The notes beneath the pieces are model-generated. The model did no database searches. It had not been told where the DNA came from and saw nothing but the letters and a program-made list of their open reading frames with translations. 64,000 bases of DNA, from sequence record SRR20825006_999. The stretch is one strand, 5' to 3'. Below are positions 29,033 through 38,315 of this stretch, in pieces; the stretch's first letter is position 1, and each line of letters starts with the position of its first letter. The translations under genes and the position numbers were made by a program.

Positions 29033-30448
29033 TTATACGATCGTTTTTTTCCAGTTCCCTTTTCTGAATAATATAAACCCAACTACTCCTAGCATTGTCT
29101 CTGAAATCACGATAGAGTAGAAGACGCCCTCTTCATTCATTCCCATTTTAAAGGCTAAGAAATATGCGAGCGGAATCTCTAGAATCCAAAAAATAAATAG
29201 ATTAATCATGGTAGGAGTGAAGGTGTCGCCAGCGCCATTAAAAGCTTGAATAATTACCATGCCGAAAGCATAGGCAATATAACCATAGCTCATAATGCGC
29301 AAACATTTTGCACCAATTGCTATGATTTCTAAGTCAGTTGTGAAAAAACCAATCAAACTTTCGCTAAAAAGAATGTTCAAAACTCCTACTAACCCAAGAA
29401 AAACCATGTTTATACCTGCAGAAATCCAAGTGGATTTCTCGGCACGGTCAGGTAATCCTGCACCTAGGTTTTGCCCAACTAAGGTTGCTGCGGCATTACT
29501 CATTCCCCAAGAAGGCAGAATAGTGAATATTAGAATCCTAATTGCAATGGTATATGCAGCTAAAGCAACACTTCCAAATTCAGCAATAATTCGAACCAAT
29601 CCGATCCAACTTCCCGTTGAAATGATAAACTGACCAATGCCACCTAATGAAACTCGAACCAACTTCCACATAATATCCCATCGAGCCTTAAGGTGCTCTT
29701 TGGTAATTTTAATTCTCGTGTTAGAACCTGAGAGCTTATAAAATTGGTAACAAACACCAACACCTCGGCCTATTGAAGTGGCAACTGCTGCACCTGCAAT
29801 ACCCATTTCAGGGAAAATCCAAATACCAAAAATGAGCAGGGGATCTAAGACGATGTTTAATGCATTTGCAATTAGAAGAGTTTTCATTGATAATGCTGCA
29901 TCTCCTGATCCCCGAAAAACAGCGTTTATAACAAAGAGAAGCATAATGACCACATTGGTACTAAACATAATAGTGGTATAAATCGAATACTTTGAAACGA
30001 TATCTCCAGTCGCGCCCATTAAAATTAAAAGCTCAGATCCATATAACCCTCCTAAGATAGCGATTGGGACTGACGTGAGTACTGCAACGATTATAGCTTG
30101 AACGGCTGTTACAGATGCTTTGTCGAGTTTCTTTTCACCAGTTCTTCGCGCAACTAATGCGGTAGTGGCCATTGCAAAACCGATTGCAATGGAGTAAATC
30201 AAAGTGAGTAAAGATTCAGTAATTCCTACTGTTGCTACAGCTTCAGCACCTAGTTTTGAAACAAAAAAGATATCAATCACAGCAAAGATTGATTCCATGA
30301 ACATCTCGAGAACTAGGGGAATTGAAAGTACAAGAATGGCTCGTTTGATACTTCCCGTGGTAAAATCCTTTTCAGTACCTGAAAGACCAGCTTTTACATC
30401 TTGCCAAATTTTGGTGGCTGTTGAAGGTTCTAAATTTCGGGATTCCAT
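29033..30448 (-). CDS. MATE family efflux transporter
   Basis: 'LSIPLVLEM', 'DIFFVSKLG', 'FRGSGD', 'NIVLDPLLIFG', 'GIAGAAVAT', 'VGQNLGA'; about 12 TM. Confidence 0.93.
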   Translation of the reverse strand: MESRNLEPSTATKIWQDVKAGLSGTEKDFTTGSIKRAILVLSIPLVLEMFMESIFAVIDIFFVSKLGAEAVATVGITESLLTLIYSIAIGFAMATTALVARRTGEKKLDKASVTAVQAIIVAVLTSVPIAILGGLYGSELLILMGATGDIVSKYSIYTTIMFSTNVVIMLLFVINAVFRGSGDAALSMKTLLIANALNIVLDPLLIFGIWIFPEMGIAGAAVATSIGRGVGVCYQFYKLSGSNTRIKITKEHLKARWDIMWKLVRVSLGGIGQFIISTGSWIGLVRIIAEFGSVALAAYTIAIRILIFTILPSWGMSNAAATLVGQNLGAGLPDRAEKSTWISAGINMVFLGLVGVLNILFSESLIGFFTTDLEIIAIGAKCLRIMSYGYIAYAFGMVIIQAFNGAGDTFTPTMINLFIFWILEIPLAYFLAFKMGMNEEGVFYSIVISETMLGVVGFILFRKGNWKKTIV

Positions 30449-30520
30449 AGATTAAATAAGATCGTAAGAAGTGATGTTGAGCTAATTGTTCATCTATGTT
30501 ATATAGATCGGTTATTATTT

Positions 30521-30563
30521 AAACAAAATACAGCCTTTACTAATTATAATCAGTAAAGGCTGT
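30521..30563 (-). terminator. Intrinsic terminator downstream of the Ig-like lipoprotein gene
   Basis: ACAGCCTTTACT (30530-30541) / AGTAAAGGCTGT (30552-30563), followed on the minus strand by ATTTTGTTT. Confidence 0.75.
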
Positions 30564-30600
30564 GTAAAATAAGAATTGTAAGTTGGTTAACTATAGAAAA

Positions 30601-32049
30601 CTATCTCATTTTGGCTCTAGTACCACTTAGCGTAATAGAAGAGGTTTGGTTTTTCGGGGTAGTTACTGAAATTTTAATAGTCGTTTCACCTGGATCATCA
30701 TTTTCATCATCAATATCTGATACTGAAAATGAAAATTGTGTCGAGCCAACACCAGGGAAAAGGTTATCTCCCAATGTAAAATCAACATCTCCTGAAGCGG
30801 CTAAACCTTCACCAACTTCGACTTTGATCGTAGTTCCTGCTGCCAATGGATTACCAAATTGGTCAGTAGCTTCAAAGTTAAATGAAACACCACCATTTGG
30901 TGCAATATTAAATGTACTAGGCGTTACTGTTGGAGTTTGGGGCAAACCTGAAAATAGAACCACTGTACTGTCTGAAACGGTTTGATTAGATTTCCCAATT
31001 GTACTTGCAATAACATAACCATAGCCGGGACGGCCACCACTACCTGCGATTGTTTCATTTGGTCTAGGTTTAGCAGTAATTAATTGAACAGTTGCTACGC
31101 CATCAGCATCTGTTTCTTTTGAACCTTGAATGGTTCCCCCCGTAGTATTAAAGTAAACCACAGTTCCTGGTTTTACAGGATTGCTAAATTCGTCGCCTAC
31201 AATAACAGTTACCGTATTTCTTACATTATTGAAGTTATAACCTTCGATATTCCTTTTGTCTAAGGTTAGGCTGAAATGCTCCTGATCTGGAAATCCACCA
31301 TGAATGGCAATTAATACAGGAGTCGATTTGATTGTTAATCCAATGTCGTCTCTTGTGATACTTGCTTGGATTTTTACGGGACCAGCTCTATTTCCACTAA
31401 AAAGTGATGTTGTAACTTTGCCATCCGTATTGGTTTCAATAGTTGAAGGCGTTACTGCTTCTCCGCCACCAGGGCCTGAAATGATTTCAAAATTAACAAT
31501 AACAGAGTTAGAGGTTGTAAGTGAGCGTCCAGCTGAATCTTGAACTTGGAATGTAAAGGCACTACTAATTTCATCACCTGTTTCAGCTATATTAATCGAT
31601 TGCTTAGGAATACTAGTTAAAATAATAGCTGCAGGGCCAGTTGACGAACCTTGAACGCCTTCACCACCATCTCCGCCCTCATCAGGGTCAACATCTTCAG
31701 GAATTAGTACTAGAGGGTTGTCTAAGCTAACTTCGAGCCCTTTAGATGCGACAACAGTTATTGAGACTCTATCAAACCCTGTTTTTTTTGCTTCAATTAC
31801 AATGTCTGTGGTTTGTTCAATTTCAATTCCTTTAAAACTAAAAGCTCCAGAAGAATCTGTTATGGCGGTTGCATTGAGCTCAACAGGAGAAATTATCTCA
31901 ACTACTGCTTGGTACAAAGCTTTACCTGTTGATTGATTAATTACTGTTCCAGAAATTGAAACGGAGGTATCTGAATCAGTGCTTTTGCATGATGATAATG
32001 CAAATACCGTTACAAAAAGGAGAAATAGAGGCTGGTAAATTCTTTTCAT
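30601..32049 (-). CDS. Surface lipoprotein with carboxypeptidase-regulatory-like and tandem Ig-like (Big_1/invasin-type) domains
   Basis: Lipobox 'ALSSC'; 'ISGTVIN..TDSSGAFSF'; repeated 'V.D..GNP' and 'T..DG.AT' Ig-like motifs; Ser/Thr/Gly rich. Confidence 0.7.
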   Translation of the reverse strand: MKRIYQPLFLLFVTVFALSSCKSTDSDTSVSISGTVINQSTGKALYQAVVEIISPVELNATAITDSSGAFSFKGIEIEQTTDIVIEAKKTGFDRVSITVVASKGLEVSLDNPLVLIPEDVDPDEGGDGGEGVQGSSTGPAAIILTSIPKQSINIAETGDEISSAFTFQVQDSAGRSLTTSNSVIVNFEIISGPGGGEAVTPSTIETNTDGKVTTSLFSGNRAGPVKIQASITRDDIGLTIKSTPVLIAIHGGFPDQEHFSLTLDKRNIEGYNFNNVRNTVTVIVGDEFSNPVKPGTVVYFNTTGGTIQGSKETDADGVATVQLITAKPRPNETIAGSGGRPGYGYVIASTIGKSNQTVSDSTVVLFSGLPQTPTVTPSTFNIAPNGGVSFNFEATDQFGNPLAAGTTIKVEVGEGLAASGDVDFTLGDNLFPGVGSTQFSFSVSDIDDENDDPGETTIKISVTTPKNQTSSITLSGTRAKMR

Positions 32050-32155
32050 GTTTTTTTCTTAAAGAGATATGAAATCGAATACTAAGTTACATATTTAATT
32101 TATGTGCAGTAGAATTATTTTCATTATCGGATATAATGTTGCTTCTTAAAGGATA

Positions 32156-33373
32156 TTAAGACGTTTTAACAAGAACAGGACTTTTAACTAATTTAGGCTC
32201 AGGAACAAACTTCCAAACAATAAATGCCATCAATAAAATAGCTATAGCTCCAAAGTAAGTGTTACTTCTATAGCCATATGCTGAGTAAAGGGGGCCAGCA
32301 ATACTCCCGCCAACACCATATCCTACTTGACCTATAGCCACGAGTAAACTCATAAGTGTACCTCTATTATTAGATTTAACCAATTCTGATGAAAGAGCTT
32401 GAAAGGGACTGATTCGCATTGCTATTAAAATCATAGCCATAGGGAAAAGCAAAAAAGCAAGCTCAATTCTAGTTACAAAAAAGGTAGTAAAATACATTAA
32501 AAGAGATAACCCCAAACAAGAGGTTACAATCATATTCTTTCTACCAACTTTATCGGATAACCAACCAGAAAGAGGTCCAGCAATTACATTTGCAAGGCCA
32601 CCTGCTGCAAAAATGTATCCAATGGACGTTAATGAAGTGTTAAATGAGTCCTGTAGCCATGTGGGTAGGTAGATAATAAATACGGATAAACTCAAAAACA
32701 TAAGTAAGTACGAAAAAGCAACATAAGCCACGTCTGGTCTTTTTAGCAACTCTACATACTTGGATAATGAGGATAGAATAGTAAGTTTATTTGAATGGAG
32801 TACAACGTTTGGTTGCGGAACTTTAAAAAATATTACTAAAAAAGTAAGAGACATTATTACACCAAAAACAATAAATGGGGTTTTAAAATGAAAAGCTTCG
32901 GTTAAAAATGTACCAATAGGTATGCCAAGTATTTGGCCAACCGCAATGCCACTCATAACCCAACCGTTAGCCCAGCCACGTTTTTCATAAGGAAAGTAAT
33001 CACCTACGTAAGCTACAGCAGCCCCACTAAGTACACCACCTGCAATTCCAGCTAATGCTCTTACTGTTAAGAAACTATAAAAATCGAATACAAAAGCGTG
33101 ACAGAAAAGAAAAAATGCCATTGAACCACTGCCTAAAATAAGTACTTTACGTCGCCCAATCTTATCAGACAATGGACCCATTATAAGGGCAAATATACCC
33201 ACCATAACGGCATAAATTGTAATTAAAGACCCTAGAAGTTGAGTGGGAGTATCAAGAGTTCGGCCAATTTCTGGAAGGATGGGGGCTATAATCATTATTT
33301 GGCAACTTGCTGAGAATACAAGTAACCACAAAGAGAAGATAACAAAGAATGATTCAGATTTATTTTTCTGCAT
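32156..33373 (-). CDS. MFS transporter (DHA1-like)
   Basis: Motif A twice: 'GPLSDKIGRRKV' and 'GWLSDKVGRKN'; about 12 TM; ATG at 33373 (ORF extends to 33403). Confidence 0.92.
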   Translation of the reverse strand: MQKNKSESFFVIFSLWLLVFSASCQIMIIAPILPEIGRTLDTPTQLLGSLITIYAVMVGIFALIMGPLSDKIGRRKVLILGSGSMAFFLFCHAFVFDFYSFLTVRALAGIAGGVLSGAAVAYVGDYFPYEKRGWANGWVMSGIAVGQILGIPIGTFLTEAFHFKTPFIVFGVIMSLTFLVIFFKVPQPNVVLHSNKLTILSSLSKYVELLKRPDVAYVAFSYLLMFLSLSVFIIYLPTWLQDSFNTSLTSIGYIFAAGGLANVIAGPLSGWLSDKVGRKNMIVTSCLGLSLLMYFTTFFVTRIELAFLLFPMAMILIAMRISPFQALSSELVKSNNRGTLMSLLVAIGQVGYGVGGSIAGPLYSAYGYRSNTYFGAIAILLMAFIVWKFVPEPKLVKSPVLVKTS

Positions 33374-33641
33374 ATATAGAAAATAGCCAAAGTGAATGTA
33401 CAAAGTTCACTTTAGAAAAAAACAATCTAGCCGATAATACTTATCGTATTAACTAACTATTACATGCTCACTTATTATTTAATTGTAAAAAAAATTGTGT
33501 AATTAATAGAAAGAAGATTACTCTTGTGCTAAAGCAACTATATAAGTTAAATTAATTCTAACTTTTATTTTAGCTTAACTTTTAAGAATTTTGTATCAAT
33601 AAATCAAAAAACAAATAAATAACAATTAATAGGAGCTCATC

Positions 33642-34085
33642 ATGGGTCAACAACAATTACTTCTCGTAATTTTAGTAACAATCATCGTAGGAATCGCAAC
33701 TGTAGTAGCAATCAACACTTTTTCAAGTGCATCTGATTCTTCTAACGTAGACATGGTTCGTAACGACGTTGTTTCTTTAGCAGCATCAGCACAAGGTTAC
33801 TACATGAAACCAGCTATGCTTGGTGGTGGTGGTAATAGCTTTAATGGCATTACTTTCAATCAAGTTGCATTTCCAACTGACGGTATCGCTGGTGATGGCT
33901 TAACTGCTTTCAATAGCAATGGTCATTACACTATTGCTGGTACAGATACAACAATTACTGTTACTGCAATTCCTTCTTCTAGAGCAGACGGTCCTATGAG
34001 TCTTACTTCTGGATTGGCTACTGACGAAGTAGCATTAGCGGCTTCAATTACTCCTAATGGAATAACTTGGACAGCTAATAACTAA
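33642..34085 (+). CDS. Probable major type IV pilin of a non-canonical, leaderless type
   Basis: N-terminal hydrophobic helix 'MGQQQLLLVILVTIIVGIATVVAINTF' then an amphipathic helix and beta-rich head; AGGAG RBS (33631-33635); own terminator; first gene of the pilC/pilB/pilT/pilQ cluster. Confidence 0.75.
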   Translation: MGQQQLLLVILVTIIVGIATVVAINTFSSASDSSNVDMVRNDVVSLAASAQGYYMKPAMLGGGGNSFNGITFNQVAFPTDGIAGDGLTAFNSNGHYTIAGTDTTITVTAIPSSRADGPMSLTSGLATDEVALAASITPNGITWTANN

Positions 34086-34105
34086 TTTAGTTTTAGTATT
34101 ATCAT

Positions 34106-34134
34106 AAAAAGCCCCATTATGGGGCTTTTTTTTT
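34106..34134 (+). terminator. Intrinsic terminator after the major pilin gene
   Basis: AAAAAGCCCCA-tta-TGGGGC followed by T9. Confidence 0.9.
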
Positions 34135-34146
34135 ACCTAATATTTT

Positions 34147-34512
34147 ATGGCAAATAAAGAATTACTCTTAGTTATTTTAGTTACTCTTGTTGTTGGAATA
34201 TCTGTAGTTGTTGCAATTACAATCTTTAGAGAAATGAACAATGAGTCGAACAAAGATGCCATTAGGCAGGAAATGCTTTATGGAGCATCTAATGCTCAGT
34301 CTTATTATTTCAGATCAACTGCCCTTGGAGGCGGTGGCGGAGATTTTACAAATATTGGCTATAAAGATATTGGTATAGACACCTTGGGTTACAACGGATA
34401 CTACTTTATATTAAATGCTAGTGTTACATCCTTTACAATGTCTGCAATTACAAGAGATAGGTTAGATACTATCGCAGCAACAGTAACAAAAAATGGTTTA
34501 TCCTGGAATTAA
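34147..34512 (+). CDS. Second (minor) pilin-like paralog
   Basis: 'MANKELLLVILVTLVVGISVVVAITIF'; shares 'AQ.YY....LGGGG..F' with the upstream pilin. Confidence 0.72.
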   Translation: MANKELLLVILVTLVVGISVVVAITIFREMNNESNKDAIRQEMLYGASNAQSYYFRSTALGGGGGDFTNIGYKDIGIDTLGYNGYYFILNASVTSFTMSAITRDRLDTIAATVTKNGLSWN

Positions 34513-34532
34513 CTTCTTAATTATACGCATTA

Positions 34533-35864
34533 ATGGCACAGTTTAGATTAAAAGCAGTCTCCAATACCGGGCGAGTAATTCAGAAAGAGTTTGAAGCTGA
34601 AAACAAAAAAGACGCACAAGAGAAAGTAGACCGACTATCAAAAACGAACGGACTCAACGTTCAATCGATAGAAAAAAAAGCAGTTTTTAGCTATAAAGTA
34701 AAAAAACAAGGAAAACCAGCATTAACGGGAGAGCAGGAAGCTTACAACAAAGAGGAAGTTGAAAAAGCCTTAATAAAACTAGGTTATAAAGTTGTAAGTA
34801 TTAACAAAAACCTCTTCGAAATGAAGGGTGGAGTTCCGCACACAGAGGTAGTAACCTTTATTAGCCTTTCTGCAGATTTATTGAAACAAGGACTTACTTA
34901 TGACGAGATTCTAAATTTGTTATTTGAAGATACTGGCAATAAGCGCATGAAGGATGTTATTAGAACTATCCAGAAAGATTTAAAGGATGGTAAGGAAGGG
35001 GGCGAAGTTTATGGTAAGCATGAAGGAGTTTTTGGAAAATTTGCAGCCTATATGCTAAGTGTTGCTTCTACTTCAGGTAACATGGCCCTAGTATTCGAAA
35101 GTACTGCAAAGTTTTTAGAGCGTGATGCTGAGTTTAAAAAGAATATGAAACGTTCTTTAATGATGCCAGCTGTTACAGTTATTGCTGTTACTGGTGTGGT
35201 TCTTTTTTATGTAGGATATATTTTCCCTTCAACAGCAGAGCTTTTTGTTGATATGGGGATCACTTTGCCGCCAATGACGGCTACTACTCTTGATCTAAGC
35301 TATTGGCTATCAGATAATTGGATTTTGCTTTTAATGAGTTTTTTGATGCCTATTTTTGGACTTATTTATTTTTCAAGAACAAAGAAAGGCAAGCTTGTTA
35401 TCGATCGTTTGATAATTAAAATCCCCGTAATTGGAGATCTTTTACATAAAACAAGTATTGAGATTTTTGCTCGAGTTTTTTACACACTGTATAGCGGTTC
35501 TGGACAGAACATCGAAGTTATTAAGGTGGCGAGTGAAGCTTGTAGAAATTCCTATATGGAAAAGCAAATTAAAGAGATCGCCATTAAACGAATGTTGAAA
35601 GATGGAGCTGGATTAATAGAATCGATGGAAGAAACGGGTGTTTTTACAAGAACAGCTATCAGTAGATTTAGGCTTGGAGCTGAGTCTGGCTCTCTTCGTG
35701 AAAATGCTCGCCAGCTCGCTGAATATTATGAAGTTCAAACTACATATAAAATGCAATCAGTTATTGATACTATCAGTCTTTTTGTTAATTTGTTTATCAT
35801 GATTGCCTTAGTTGGTATTACTATAGTTTCATCTGAATCAGCTGTTATAAAGCCTAATGGGTAA
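34533..35864 (+). CDS. pilC: Type IV pilus inner-membrane platform protein (PilC/GspF family)
   Basis: Two T2SSF-like cytoplasmic domains ('VASTSGNM', 'GAESGSL'), 'LPPMT', 'KIPVIGDL', 3 TM. Confidence 0.88.
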   Translation: MAQFRLKAVSNTGRVIQKEFEAENKKDAQEKVDRLSKTNGLNVQSIEKKAVFSYKVKKQGKPALTGEQEAYNKEEVEKALIKLGYKVVSINKNLFEMKGGVPHTEVVTFISLSADLLKQGLTYDEILNLLFEDTGNKRMKDVIRTIQKDLKDGKEGGEVYGKHEGVFGKFAAYMLSVASTSGNMALVFESTAKFLERDAEFKKNMKRSLMMPAVTVIAVTGVVLFYVGYIFPSTAELFVDMGITLPPMTATTLDLSYWLSDNWILLLMSFLMPIFGLIYFSRTKKGKLVIDRLIIKIPVIGDLLHKTSIEIFARVFYTLYSGSGQNIEVIKVASEACRNSYMEKQIKEIAIKRMLKDGAGLIESMEETGVFTRTAISRFRLGAESGSLRENARQLAEYYEVQTTYKMQSVIDTISLFVNLFIMIALVGITIVSSESAVIKPNG

Positions 35865-37632
35865 AATAAATATTCGAAGACATATTGGCGATATTCTAGT
35901 AAAAAAGGGTGTTATAACTAGTGATCAGTTACAGAATGCTCTCGTTATACTAGAACAAGAACCAGATAATAGCGAAAGGCGATTAGGTCAAATTCTTTCT
36001 CAGGATTTAGGGTTAAATCGGCATACCATAATGCGAGAAATCGCTACCATTTATGCTTTCCGCGAAGTGTTAGACAACGCAGAGACTGTTCCTACTGAAA
36101 TTCTTGATCATATTAAAGAAAATGTTGAGAACTTAAATCAGGATATTATCAATGAGCTAGTCGTTCATAAAGCGATACCTTTTCATAAAACACATAGTTC
36201 TATCACCATAGCCGCTGCAGATCCTTCTGATCCTAATATTCAAGGGATTATTCAGAATCTGAATTTTAAAAAAATTGAGCTTGTATACTGTAAATATGAG
36301 TTAATTGAGCTTATTTTATCCAATGTTTACGAGCAGAAGAATGAGTTCCTGGATTTATTAGAAGAGATTGATTATGAAGAATCTCCCATTGAATCTGAAG
36401 ATGAGTCAATCAACGAAGATGAGATTGATGCAGAGATTAATCAAAGCATGCTTAATTCTCTCATAGAAGGGATGTTGGTTGAGTCTGTGAGGCAAGGGGT
36501 AAGTGATATGCACATCGTTCCTAGTGGTCAAAATTCTACAGATATACGGTTTCGGGTTGATGGAAAGCTAAATCTTTGGTATCAACAAAAGAATGTGAAG
36601 CCTGAGGCAATTTCTGCGGTTATCAAAGATAAGACTAGAAACGTGGATCGTTTTGAAAGAGACGCATCTCAGGATGGATTCATTCAGCGCCAAATAGATG
36701 GGGTAGGCATTCGGTATCGGGTTTCAATTATGCCAATTGTTGGTAACCAATACGACCGTAAATTCGAATCTATTGTAATTCGTGTATTAGATGATAGAAA
36801 AGTAATTAGAGATTTAGATAAATTAGGCTTACAACCAATCGCCAAAACGAATTTCCAGAAGTCTATTGCCAAACCTTCTGGTATTGTAATTATCACAGGA
36901 CCAACTGGTAGTGGTAAGTCAACTACTTTAGTTGCAGCACTATATTCAGTAATCGATCCAACAAAAAATGTTCTTACGGTAGAGGAGCCTGTAGAATATA
37001 TTATTGATGGAGCACGGCAGTTGAAGATAAGTAACCATATGTCTTTTGATCAATCAATTCGTGGAATTTTAAGGCATGATCCTGATATAGTTTTAGTTGG
37101 TGAAATGAGAGACTTAAAGACTGCTGAAATTGCAATTAAACTAGCAAATACTGGTCACTTAACTTTTTCAACATTACACACGAATGATGCTCCAAGTGCG
37201 GTTTCGAGACTTTTTAAGATGGGAGTAGAACCTTTTCTGATTGCCAATGCAGTAAACCTAGTAATGGCACAGCGTCTTATCCGTAGATTGTGCGAAAGTT
37301 GTAAAGAAGAGTTTGTCCCTCATCCAGAACTGCCAAGAGGTATTGGGTTTACCGATGAAGAAATTAAGGAAACAAAATTCTTTAAGGCTATAGGCTGTGA
37401 AAAATGTGGATCTTCAGGTTTTAAAGGTCGCTCTGCAATTCATGAGGCATTATATTTTTCCAAAGAAATTAAAAAATTAATTCTAGAGTCTGGTGGTGAT
37501 ATTGACGAAAATTCCATTAAAGAATTAGCAATTAAAGAAGGGATGCTTACATTAAGAGGATCAGGGCGGGAAAGGATTAAAGAAGGAATAACTACTATAG
37601 AAGAAGTTATTGCAGGAACAATTGAAGATTAA
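35857..37632 (+). CDS. pilB: Type IV pilus assembly ATPase (PilB/GspE) with MshEN-like N-terminus
   Basis: 'SDMHI', 'RFRVDG', 'QDG', Walker A 'GPTGSGKST', 'TVEEPVE', 'LRHDPDIVLVGEMRD', His box 'GHLTFSTLHTNDA', tetracysteine 'CESC..CEKC'. Confidence 0.93.
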   Translation: MGKINIRRHIGDILVKKGVITSDQLQNALVILEQEPDNSERRLGQILSQDLGLNRHTIMREIATIYAFREVLDNAETVPTEILDHIKENVENLNQDIINELVVHKAIPFHKTHSSITIAAADPSDPNIQGIIQNLNFKKIELVYCKYELIELILSNVYEQKNEFLDLLEEIDYEESPIESEDESINEDEIDAEINQSMLNSLIEGMLVESVRQGVSDMHIVPSGQNSTDIRFRVDGKLNLWYQQKNVKPEAISAVIKDKTRNVDRFERDASQDGFIQRQIDGVGIRYRVSIMPIVGNQYDRKFESIVIRVLDDRKVIRDLDKLGLQPIAKTNFQKSIAKPSGIVIITGPTGSGKSTTLVAALYSVIDPTKNVLTVEEPVEYIIDGARQLKISNHMSFDQSIRGILRHDPDIVLVGEMRDLKTAEIAIKLANTGHLTFSTLHTNDAPSAVSRLFKMGVEPFLIANAVNLVMAQRLIRRLCESCKEEFVPHPELPRGIGFTDEEIKETKFFKAIGCEKCGSSGFKGRSAIHEALYFSKEIKKLILESGGDIDENSIKELAIKEGMLTLRGSGRERIKEGITTIEEVIAGTIED

Positions 37633-37703
37633 TTTGAATTAGTGATGAACTTGTTAAATATTAAACTACCAATGGCTATAGACAACTTTAATTGGGGGCT
37701 TGT

Positions 37704-38210
37704 ATGAGTACAGAAATAAAAGACACAGCTGGTGAAGCAGTACCGGATTACATTAAGAAATTTCTTAAAGAACCTCCGTTATTACTAAGAAATTTTCATT
37801 ATGAAGATGTTCTAGAATTTCTACAATTAGGAGTAGCAGAACGCTTTATTCCAGATGATGTGATAATTAATGAGTCTGAGTATGTTAATTCCGCGTTTTT
37901 AGTTGCAGAAGGTAAAGTTGTAATATGGAAAGATAATATTCAGCTAGCCACACTATCAGAGGGTAATTTTCTGGGCGAAGCATTTTTATTTAGTAAAAAT
38001 AGCAGGATGGCTAAAGTTACAGCTGAGGGAAATTGCGTTCTATTACGTTACGAACGCTATGACGCACTTAATTTCTTTCGTAAAAAGCCAGAAAAGTTGT
38101 TTAACATTTTCACTAAGAATATTATAGAAATACAGCAACGTAAAATTAGTAATATGAACGTCCAATTACTGAATCTTAAGAAACGTCTCTTAAACGATTC
38201 TAGTTGGTAG
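37704..38210 (+). CDS. Stand-alone cyclic nucleotide-binding domain protein
   Basis: 'FLVAEGKV', phosphate-binding cassette 'GNFLGEAFLFSKNSRMAKV'; no HTH; ATG at 37704. Confidence 0.82.
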   Translation: MSTEIKDTAGEAVPDYIKKFLKEPPLLLRNFHYEDVLEFLQLGVAERFIPDDVIINESEYVNSAFLVAEGKVVIWKDNIQLATLSEGNFLGEAFLFSKNSRMAKVTAEGNCVLLRYERYDALNFFRKKPEKLFNIFTKNIIEIQQRKISNMNVQLLNLKKRLLNDSSW

Positions 38211-38315
38211 GTATTCTAAGTGCCTTTTATGCTCATAATTAAACAAACTAAATTCGTAACAATTACCTAACTAATCTATCTAATAAGCTCATCATTCGAA
38301 ATGGAATGAAATAAT

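Noticed and set aside
33430-33446. GCCGATAA (sigma-28 -10-like) within a CGATAA/TTATCG inverted repeat upstream of the pilin gene
   Set aside because: No TAAA -35 element at the proper spacing; a single 8-mer is insufficient
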